A DNA stretch of 32,000 nt from Candidatus Scalindua sp. (GTDB lineage Bacteria; Planctomycetota; Brocadiia; Brocadiales; Scalinduaceae), in contig JALDRA010000001.1 in assembly GCA_031316235.1 (NCBI GenBank), forward strand, positions 1,050,001 to 1,082,000, in the 5' to 3' direction. Every line of letters starts with the position of its first letter. Within the stretch, counting starts at the first letter, position 1. This document shows positions 10,501 through 17,029 of this stretch, piece by piece. The notes beneath the pieces were generated by a model that made no database searches, was not told where the DNA came from, and saw nothing but the letters and a program-made list of their open reading frames with translations. The position numbers and the translations under genes are program-made.

Positions 10501-12308
10501 TGCCGGTACAAAACCTGGATGTTCTCACGATTATCGGATTCGTCATCCTGGCAGGTGTTGTTGTTAACAATGCGATCTTAATTGTCTCCCAGACGTTGAA
10601 CTTATTACGATATGACAGGGAACTGGAACCGAACAAGGCGATTTCAATCGCGGTTGAAAGCCGTGTCCGTCCCATCTTCATGAGTATGTTAACTTCGGTG
10701 GGCGGCATGCTGCCATTGGTCTTGATGCCAGGTTCAGGAGCAGAACTTTACCGCGGTCTGGGAGCTGTTGTGTTGGGAGGGTTGTTTGTTTCCACTATTT
10801 TTACCTTGATCTTTGTTCCGGTTCTGTTAGGCCTGGTATTTGATCTGAAAGGCAAATTACGATCGACAACACGTCTTCAACACGTCATAGGGGCATTGCT
10901 GCTCATATTCGTTTTCAGCGGCTGTGCAGTGGGTAAAAATTACATTCAACCTCACGCTATGGTGAGTGAGGATTGGCAGACCGGTCTGGAACGCGGATTG
11001 GTCTCAAAGCAGTCAGATCTGAAACAGTGGTGGACAAGTTTTGAAGACACGCAACTAAATGAATTGATAGGAGACATGGTTGACGGAAATTACGATATAA
11101 AAATCGCGGTTGCCAGAGTAAGAGAGGCACGAGCCCGGCGTGGCGTCTCCATCGCTAATCTGTTTCCGTTAATTGATGCGTTAGGGTCGTACTCAAAAAG
11201 CAGAAATTCAGAGACTACAGATACAGGCATTAAGAATGTCTCTTTTAACAAAAGACAAACGGTTCCCATGGAGATCTATTCTACCGGATTCGATTCCTCG
11301 TGGGAAATTGATATATTTGGAGGCGTAAGACGTTCCGTTGAAGCGGCCTCTGCAGAATTGGACGCGATCCATGCTGAGCTGCACGATATTATGGTAACCC
11401 TGCTTTCGGAGCTTGCGGTAAATTATATAGAGTTAAGAAATATTCAGAATCGTTTAGGGATTGCCAAAGCCAATGTCAATATCCAGGAAGAGACCTTGAA
11501 ACTGACAAGGGCGAGGTTTGATTCGGGGCTCACGGATGAACTTGATATCGCGCAGGCTGAAACAAACCTGGAAAATACACGCGCAGAAATCCCTGCTCTT
11601 GAGGAACAACAGAATCAGGCGTTGAATCGGATAGCCGTCTTAACGGGAAAACAACCAGGGACGTTACAGGCGCAATTATCCCGGGTGGAACCAATTCCGG
11701 TGCCGCCAGATGACGTTGCGATTGATCTGCCTGCCGCACTTTTGCTGAGAAGGCCTGATATCCGTGTAGCTGAACGAGTTTTAGCAGCGGAAACAGCCCG
11801 TATCGGAGTGGCTGAATCTGATCTCTACCCAAAGTTCTTTCTCAAAAATTCCTTTGGATTTAGCGCGTCTAATGGAGGAGATATGTTTAAACCGGGGAGT
11901 CAGACCTTTGGAGTTGGCCCGTCAGTGATATGGCGTATATTTTCTTCCGGTCAAATTAGAAATAACATCAAAGCTCAAAACGAGCGGGAAAAGCAGGCCC
12001 TCTATCGTTTTCACAATACAGTTCTTTCTGCCCTGGAAGAGGTTGAAAACGCGATTATCTCATATTCTCGTGAAATGAACCGAAGATATATTCTTCAAAA
12101 AGCCGTTAAGGCCGCCGAAAAAACGGTAAACCTGGCAAAGATTCAGTACACAAACGGGTTGACCGATTTTAACAACCTCCTGCTTGCGGAACGATCTTTA
12201 TTCATCTCTCAGGATCAGCTTTCCATTAGCGAGGCACGGGTAAGCAAGAACCTTATCTCATTGTATAAGGCGCTGGGCGGCGGCTGGGACTTAGACCGCC
12301 AGGGATGA
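7533..12308 (+). CDS. RND (AcrB-type) inner-membrane permease fused in frame to a NodT/OprM-type outer membrane factor lipoprotein
   Basis: A single 1591-codon ORF. Residues 1-~1105 have RND architecture (12 TM segments, two large periplasmic loops). Residues 1131-1591 have OMF hallmarks (WWTSFEDTQLNELI..., two repeat halves, ...LISLYKALGGGWD). Confidence 0.9.
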   Translation: MNLIKKAIEQPITVAVGIILVIIAGIIAITRVPVQMTPEVEDTVIAVTTRWENASPQEVESEIIDDQEEKLQGLSNLRSMSSLSQRGQGQIRLEFATGVNKDAALREVSDKLREVPDYPEDVLEPVIDDTDPESNDYIAWFLIRTPDPDFDIQSLQDFIEDRVQPILDRVPGLSESNVLGGRERETQIHFDPVLMAQRRITVPDFIRAIQATNFNFSAGAMAQGKLDIRVRALGRFSSPDQILDTIIRQDESGPVYVRDVATVAETLKEETGFIRSNGKNVLAMNFQKEPGANVIEVMEKLKEEAGRVRAEGGILDSYAKAHGIKGGLEFFQVYDQTDYINQALDLVKSNIVFGGILAVIVLITFLRSLRSIGIIAIAIPISIVGTIVTMVALGRSVNVISLAGMAFAVGMVVDNSIVVLENIYRHMEMGKPKINAALDGAVEVSGAVLASTLTTLLVFIPILLIQEASGQLLRDIALAIIAAVGLSYIVSITVVPSGAALFLNVNGKKRLKQKKIQTGKTADVSTGKLAGIIHPFRTTHYYLSNFPQYLYRLIYWLNGSMVRRVLIISVFIITTFLGIIVTIPPIDYLPYGNRNLTFGLLIPPPGYNVTKLKELGKRVEKKIRPFWEANKNPNGMDNHLYEVPSDTAPNSPLITPPPIKHYFQGGGRNGATLFHGCISADPRRVTDLVALFKTSTRQDTLPGVYSFAFQSPLFRIGGRTGGAVKIDLTGFDQEDISQSASALYGTLVQEYGSTAVRPDPANFNVPAPELQIIPDLDRLTDLNLTTEDLGLTVQANGDGVLFRKDYHLGGDIIDLKLISRDAVGQTTITNFGDAKMATSDGVIMGLNTVSDFKWVREPEEIKRVDRQRAVTLEFTPPKGLPLQKAIDGINQKVSELKQANAILPGVEIQLAGSASKLTEVKEALLGDGSVLGTLTSALFLAMVIVYLLMCILFQSWIYPFVIMFSVPLATLGGFLGLALVHYWSVVNRYMPVQNLDVLTIIGFVILAGVVVNNAILIVSQTLNLLRYDRELEPNKAISIAVESRVRPIFMSMLTSVGGMLPLVLMPGSGAELYRGLGAVVLGGLFVSTIFTLIFVPVLLGLVFDLKGKLRSTTRLQHVIGALLLIFVFSGCAVGKNYIQPHAMVSEDWQTGLERGLVSKQSDLKQWWTSFEDTQLNELIGDMVDGNYDIKIAVARVREARARRGVSIANLFPLIDALGSYSKSRNSETTDTGIKNVSFNKRQTVPMEIYSTGFDSSWEIDIFGGVRRSVEAASAELDAIHAELHDIMVTLLSELAVNYIELRNIQNRLGIAKANVNIQEETLKLTRARFDSGLTDELDIAQAETNLENTRAEIPALEEQQNQALNRIAVLTGKQPGTLQAQLSRVEPIPVPPDDVAIDLPAALLLRRPDIRVAERVLAAETARIGVAESDLYPKFFLKNSFGFSASNGGDMFKPGSQTFGVGPSVIWRIFSSGQIRNNIKAQNEREKQALYRFHNTVLSALEEVENAIISYSREMNRRYILQKAVKAAEKTVNLAKIQYTNGLTDFNNLLLAERSLFISQDQLSISEARVSKNLISLYKALGGGWDLDRQG
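10845..10925 (+). other. Internal lipoprotein signal peptide and lipobox at the RND-OMF junction
   Basis: (L)KGKLRSTTRLQHVIGALLLIFVFSGC|AVG has a basic n-region, a hydrophobic h-region and the lipobox FSGC, with the Cys codon at 10923-10925. There is no in-frame ATG or GTG nearby; only CTG 10845 and TTG 10896. Confidence 0.7.
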
Positions 12309-12330
12309 TTACTATGGAGAGCTTGAAGAG

Positions 12331-12689
12331 TCGGTCCTCGCATCTCAGCAGGTGCTTAACTAATCGATTAAGCACTTTACTCTTTTTGTCTTTAACAGCA
12401 TTAATACAACGTGGTTTATTGCCGGTACACAGAATATGTGTTCTGATAACCAGTCATTACCAGCAGTTGTTTTGCTTCGAATATACCACACAAGAGCCCT
12501 CTTTTCAGGAGCATCCCTGGGTAATGATTCCAAGGATTTACTTGACATCCCAAATTGCTTTAGTCCGATCGATAGAAGGCGTAGAGACTCTCGCTCAGCA
12601 TCATCCTGGTAAATCTCCTCCTGTCTGTTACCACGACTCATTACATGATAGTATCCTCCATCATACTCAATCCTTGGTTTCCTTGGCAT
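12331..12689 (-). pseudogene. RayT/IS200-like Y1 transposase with DnaA_C-like HTH tail, internally deleted and frameshifted
   Basis: The N-terminus is MPRKPRIEYDGGYYHVMSRGNRQEEIYQDDAERE. A C-terminal fragment in a shifted frame reads ...LCTGNKPRCINAVKDKKSKVLNRLVKHLLRCED. The 3' part overlaps the end of the RND-OMF gene region. Confidence 0.7.
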
Positions 12690-12698
12690 AAGAATGAA

Positions 12699-14181
12699 TA
12701 TATACATTACTCTGTTAAAAAGTTACACAAAAAAATATTTTTAAAGCTGTAAGTTGTAAATTTTCGTAACTTAAGTATTATCAATGCATTACACATATTT
12801 TTGTACTTGATTTTGTCCCTTACTCCTGCTATTAATTGCACTTACAATTATCAAATTATGCAATCACAGGAGCAAAGGATTTGAGTATTTTTCGAGCAAA
12901 CATATCCATATTAAATAAATTTCTTGATAATTTTGCCCCTTGCTTTACCAAAAAACAATTGGCAATGTTTATTCTCGTTATCTATGCAATGTTTAAAGAC
13001 TATAAAAGAAACTCACTGGAGGCCATGGCAAAAGCCGTTCATACTGATTATCAAAAACTCCAATACTTCTTTTCTGAGTCCAAATGGGACTTGCCAGCAA
13101 TAAAACAAAAAAGAATGGACATTATTCAAAAACAAAGAACCACAGCAACTACAAAAGATGGTATTCTTACTATAGACGGTACAGGATGTCCCAAACCCTT
13201 CGCTAAAAACACAGAGGCTGCCAAATGGCAGTATTGTGGCTCACTCAAAAGGTCAGAAATCTGCAATGTCGCCGTTGGTGCGGCTTTCGTTTCAAAGGCA
13301 AAACATTTTCCTATTGACGTTGTTCCCTATCTGCCTGCTGATGAATTCCCGGAAGGGGAAAAAGATCCACATTTTAAAGATAAAATTCAAATTGCAATAG
13401 AACTGTTTGATAGAGCCTTAGAATCTTTTGATTTTTCAGCTACCTCCTTTGATTCATGGTATTCATCAAAACGTTTTCTTGAACATATCCACTCAAAAGA
13501 AAAAATATTTTATTCGGAAATAAAGTCAAACAGAAATATCTTCACATACCATCCGGCAGAGAAAAAATACTGCATGGTCAAACCGAGTGAGCTCGTGACC
13601 CTCATCAAAAAGTATTATGCAGACAAAATCAAATCTGTTACATCAAAATCTGCGGATGGTAGTGAAGTTTCCTATAAAACTTACTCCTTTGATGCAACAC
13701 TGAAGGATTGTAAGGTCCCTCTAAAGTTTGTGGTCATTTTGGGAAAGTGGAATAAAGACGATGACAATAAATATCATGTCCTTATTACCAATAAACTCGA
13801 TGCTACAGCCAAAACAGTAATCACAAACTATTTGATGCGTTGGGGTATTGAACAGTGTTTCAAGGAATTAAAGGATACCTTTTATCTGGATCACTATCAG
13901 GTAAGGCACATTAACAAGATCGAAAGATACTGGAATCTTTGTCTTATTGCATGGACTCTTACTTATTGGATAAAGCAGAACGCTTATCTGAGTAAAATCC
14001 TGGAAACAAAACCTTCAACCTTCAATGAATTCAAACAAGCAATCAATTCTCTGCTTGAATTCTCATCAACAAATGCTTTAGCAAAGAACAAAAAACTCTC
14101 GCAGGATTATTTTAAAATTAAGTCCGAGCGGTTTAAGAAAAAAATCGCTGCTTAGTTGTTTTTAACAAAGTAATGTATATA
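12699..14181 (+). mobile_element. IS701-like (IS4 superfamily) insertion sequence, apparently intact
   Basis: The terminal inverted repeats match at 22 of 23 positions: tatatacattactctgttaaaaa (12699-12721) against the reverse complement of 14159-14181. They enclose one transposase ORF. The outer TATA on each side could instead be a 4-bp target duplication. Confidence 0.8.
12836..14155 (+). CDS. IS701-family DDE transposase
   Basis: 439 aa. ...ILTIDGTGCPKPF...AKWQYCGSLKRSEICNVAVGAAFVS... and ...YLMRWGIEQCFKELKDTFYLDHYQVRHINKIERYWNLCLIAWTL match the IS701/COG5659 pattern. The exact start is uncertain (TTG 12836 or downstream). Confidence 0.85.
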   Translation: MHLQLSNYAITGAKDLSIFRANISILNKFLDNFAPCFTKKQLAMFILVIYAMFKDYKRNSLEAMAKAVHTDYQKLQYFFSESKWDLPAIKQKRMDIIQKQRTTATTKDGILTIDGTGCPKPFAKNTEAAKWQYCGSLKRSEICNVAVGAAFVSKAKHFPIDVVPYLPADEFPEGEKDPHFKDKIQIAIELFDRALESFDFSATSFDSWYSSKRFLEHIHSKEKIFYSEIKSNRNIFTYHPAEKKYCMVKPSELVTLIKKYYADKIKSVTSKSADGSEVSYKTYSFDATLKDCKVPLKFVVILGKWNKDDDNKYHVLITNKLDATAKTVITNYLMRWGIEQCFKELKDTFYLDHYQVRHINKIERYWNLCLIAWTLTYWIKQNAYLSKILETKPSTFNEFKQAINSLLEFSSTNALAKNKKLSQDYFKIKSERFKKKIAA

Positions 14182-14291
14182 CTAAAACCGATTTGGTTTT
14201 CGGTTTTTCTGAAAACCAGATCTTGGTGAAGGTATACTCGCTCCGTTTTTTCTCGGATTTTATCCGAAATCCAGTACGAAATGAGTATAAC
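14178..14291. repeat. MITE-like hairpin-rich repeat, copy B (core 14183-14285 flanked by TATAC and TATAAC)
   Basis: Homologous to 1261-1402. It directly abuts the right end of the IS701-like element. Confidence 0.55.
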
Positions 14292-14487
14292 AATAGCGAT
14301 GAAGAATGCCAATGCTTAAATGCGAGGACTGCCCCCTTTAATGTGAGGTTTTTTATTTGACAAACTGTCCATTTTGAGGTAAACAACACCTTGTAAGGAG
14401 CACATGAGAGAACGGTTTAAACGAGTTGTTATCCGGTTTTCTTGCGCTGATTCAGGATAGGTAGTGATTCAAAAATGAAAGCTAATT

Positions 14488-14769
14488 ATGTTTAATCGAA
14501 TTTTGCTTCTCATGCGCGAGAAAATACGAAACAGAGAGTATGTGATGACTCTACATGCAAGAAAAGAAATGAATTCAGATGAATTAGTTATCTACGATAT
14601 TGAACGTGGTATACTTACCGGTGAAATAAAAGAGCGTCAAAAAGATCGGGAATCTAGCGAATGGAAATATCGAATTAAAGGGGTAACAGTGAGAAATGAT
14701 AAAGTTGAAATAATTGCAAAAATAAGTACAACCGGTAAACTTGTTATTATAACAGTATATTTATCCTGA
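14488..14769 (+). CDS. DUF4258-family putative toxin
   Basis: 93 aa. ...YVMTLHARKEMNSDELVIYDIERGILTGEIKE...KYRIKGVTVRNDKVEIIAKISTTGKLVIITVY fits the DUF4258 pattern. It is followed 14 nt later by a YgiT zinc-finger gene. Confidence 0.7.
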   Translation: MFNRILLLMREKIRNREYVMTLHARKEMNSDELVIYDIERGILTGEIKERQKDRESSEWKYRIKGVTVRNDKVEIIAKISTTGKLVIITVYLS

Positions 14770-14783
14770 AATGGAGGACAATC

Positions 14784-15011
14784 ATGGTATGTGATATTTG
14801 TGGTCAAGAAGGCACACGTGAGTGCAGGGTATCGGAAACCTATGGCAAAGGTAAAAACTTGATAGTAATAGAGAATATTCCGATGGTGAGTTGTCACAAG
14901 TGTGGAGAAAGCTATTTTACGGCAGCAACACTACACGAAATCGAACGTATCAGGCTCCATCACAAAAACCTTGCTATTGAACGAACGGTAGAAGTTGCCA
15001 AATTTGCGTAA
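14784..15011 (+). CDS. YgiT-type (MqsA N-terminal-like) zinc-finger putative antitoxin
   Basis: 75 aa with two CxxC pairs (CDICG ... CHKCGESYF) and ...ATLHEIERI.... GGAGG lies 6 nt before the ATG. Confidence 0.75.
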   Translation: MVCDICGQEGTRECRVSETYGKGKNLIVIENIPMVSCHKCGESYFTAATLHEIERIRLHHKNLAIERTVEVAKFA

Positions 15012-15286
15012 TAGTGCAGGCTTCGAGTTACCCTCTTAATAACCAAATAAATATTTAACCCGTAGCCAGTATGGTTGGTAGCACTTCGTCAATAGATTAG
15101 GTTTAGCCATAATATTTGTTTTGTTATAAAATCACTTTTGGGAATATTTGATATTTAACTCATTCTATTCCTTCCTACCATTCCTACCTTCCTAATCTGC
15201 GCTGCTCTTTTCAAGATTTTCTCCGCTAAGGAAAGCAAGAAATTCAGGAATATCTTTTTGCAGGATATGTAAAACAGGGGAATAGG

Positions 15287-15416
15287 TCAGTCCTCGTATC
15301 TCAGCAGGTGCTTAACTAATCGGTTAAGCACTTTACTCTTTTTGTCTTTAACAGCATTAATACAACGTGGTTTATTGCCGGTACACAGAATATGTGTTCT
15401 GATAGCCAGTCATTAC
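15287..15416 (-). pseudogene. Isolated C-terminal fragment of the same RayT-like transposase family (130-bp repeat of 12331-12460)
   Basis: 126 of 130 nt are identical to 12331-12460 by hand alignment. It encodes ...LCTGNKPRCINAVKDKKSKVLNRLVKHLLRYED*. Confidence 0.65.
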
Positions 15417-15443
15417 GGTCATGATTGTCCCTCCTTATCAAAT

Positions 15444-15662
15444 TTATGTCTTTAACAAAAGAACATTAATATTATTAAAGTGTTCATCAAAAGTAAAGAG
15501 TGCCAGCCCATGTTTCATTGCTGAAGCCGCTACCCACATATCATTTGATGGAACCGGTTTTCCCTTTCTCCGTAAATCCCAATAAATCTCAGCATAAAAG
15601 CCTGCTGTTTCCTCATCTATTTGGATTAAATGAACGCGCGGAGAATCCAAAAACAGATTCAA
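15444..15662 (-). pseudogene. C-terminal remnant of a PIN-domain VapC toxin
   Basis: ...IDEETAGFYAEIYWDLRRKGKPVPSNDMWVAASAMKHGLALFTFDEHF is the typical VapC C-terminal half. It is fused in frame to an IS66 fragment within ORF 15444..16148. Confidence 0.6.
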
Positions 15663-16037
15663 CTCTTCTCCTATTCGATTCAGGTAATCACCACAGATAC
15701 ATTGCTTCTCTTTTTCCGACAGGTCATGCTCCACGCGACCCAGAGGAAGGTTTTGGGGTAGGATGCGTCTGCCACCTGTCTTCCTGGTATGGGTAGGTAT
15801 CTCAACTTTAGTTGCTGGCTCAACCTCACAAGCGGTATCCTCGTAGTCGAATAACAATAGCTGGCGCCCATCAAAACGTTCAGACTTTGGACTGAAACGA
15901 TGGTAAATGAGGTGGTTGATTTTCTCTTCAAGAAGCTTGATATGATGGTCTCTCGCTTCGAGTTTACAACGCAGTTCATTGTTCTGTGCAAGCACCTCTT
16001 CAATGCTGAAATCTGTAATTTTAGCCACTGCTTCCAT
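15663..16037 (-). pseudogene. N-terminal fragment (~125 aa) of an IS66-family transposase
   Basis: MEAVAKITDFSIEEVLAQNNELRCKLEARDHHIKLLEEKINHLIYHRFSPKSERF...GGRRILPQNLPLGRVEHDL...CICGDYLNRIGEE has the IS66 leucine-zipper and zinc-finger N-terminal pattern. It then breaks off into VapC sequence. Confidence 0.65.
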
Positions 16038-16246
16038 GAACTGTACCTTACCACATTTCCTGTGGCTTTGGTAGCTTATACTAACATCCATTTTGAACAT
16101 GATGAAAAGGAACACCACCCGGTTGTTAAACCAACTGTCCAGGTACAAGGCGCGTAGAAATTCTGGAACCGGAGCGTACTCAAGTACGTGAGGATTACGG
16201 AATTTCTACAGCAACGCCGTAGATGGGTAGCTGGTTCAACAACTGG

Positions 16247-16831
16247 TTACCACTGAACCTTCTGATTCCCGCTGTATCTATATTTATTTCCCCACGGAAT
16301 GAGTTTGAGCGACTGAACCCTCTCTTCCCTTTCCTGTTTGACGGGACTAAACAAGGTGGAAAGTTGTTTCTGGCTCAAACGCATCCGTTCGAGATTTTTC
16401 TTTGCCTTAAAATCTTCAGAATCTATTTTCAAGGCCTTTGTATATTCATCGGCAGCACTGATAAAGTCCATTTCTGTTGCAAGTAAATTGGCCTTATTAT
16501 AGATCGCATTTTTCTTTATAACGGCCTTGTCAGATCGTACTGCTTTCTTGAATTCAATTTTTGCCCCTTTCTCATCTCCCAGGAGCATCAAGACTACCCC
16601 CTTGTTATAGGCAATGTAAGGGTCTTCAATTCCCAATAGTTTCGAGAACTGATAGAATTTCGAATTTCTCGCTCCTTCAAGATTATCCATCGCATGAGTA
16701 TATCTCCCCATTGATATATCTCTGCCAGCATTTTCGACGAGTTTGCTTTGATTCCAAAAACCCCTGCCATACGCAATGAAAATAATTGCCAGGATAAGGA
16801 GCAATATCTTTAATAAAACAGCTCTGTTCAT
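16247..16831 (-). CDS. TPR-repeat membrane-anchored protein (BatC-like)
   Basis: 194 aa with an N-terminal TM (LKILLLILAIIFIAY) and TPR-like repeats (AYNKGVVLMLLGDEKGAKIEFKKAV..., NKANLLATEMDFISAADEYTKALKIDSEDFKAKKNLE). It sits directly downstream of a BatA-like vWA gene. Confidence 0.7.
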   Translation of the reverse strand: MNRAVLLKILLLILAIIFIAYGRGFWNQSKLVENAGRDISMGRYTHAMDNLEGARNSKFYQFSKLLGIEDPYIAYNKGVVLMLLGDEKGAKIEFKKAVRSDKAVIKKNAIYNKANLLATEMDFISAADEYTKALKIDSEDFKAKKNLERMRLSQKQLSTLFSPVKQEREERVQSLKLIPWGNKYRYSGNQKVQW

Positions 16832-17029
16832 CTAATCCTCCTAACATTCTTCTTGCCACGGAGTGACAAATAATAATACCATGCATCGCGGACACCAGAG
16901 TAGACGGTTGCCTGTCCCGGATTAATTACAAGCAATGCTTCCATCAAATTTCATGGCGGCAGATACAGTATCTGTTCGCTGAAAACAGCGGACAATATGC
17001 TGAAATATTTTCTAAATTTTTTCTTCTTT

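Noticed and set aside
8244-11832. Several 60-100 aa ORFs on the minus strand and in off-frames inside the RND-OMF gene (e.g. 8244..8498, 8555..8800, 10496..10708, 11530..11832).
   Set aside because: They lie entirely antisense to, or out of frame with, a strongly supported 1591-codon gene. Their translations are low-complexity with no recognisable motifs.
12305-12691. 128-aa plus-strand ORF immediately after the RND-OMF stop.
   Set aside because: It is the antisense strand of the RayT-like pseudogene, whose minus-strand reading has clear family motifs.
15168-15198. Three tandem approximate 9-mers (ttcctacca ttcctacct tcctaatct).
   Set aside because: Too short and imperfect to call a microsatellite or binding array. 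No second copy is present in the window.
16150-16215. An inverted repeat gtagaaattc ... gaatttctac enclosing cgtac-tcaa-gtacg. I considered it as a group II intron domain V-like hairpin or an IS66 terminal repeat.
   Set aside because: The stem is only ~5-6 bp around the loop. It lacks the 14-bp bulged helix and AGC triad geometry of domain V. There is no GUGYG 5' end or reverse-transcriptase ORF nearby. It does not match the GTAAGCG-type IS66 ends I recall. It is probably just junction sequence next to the IS66 remnant.
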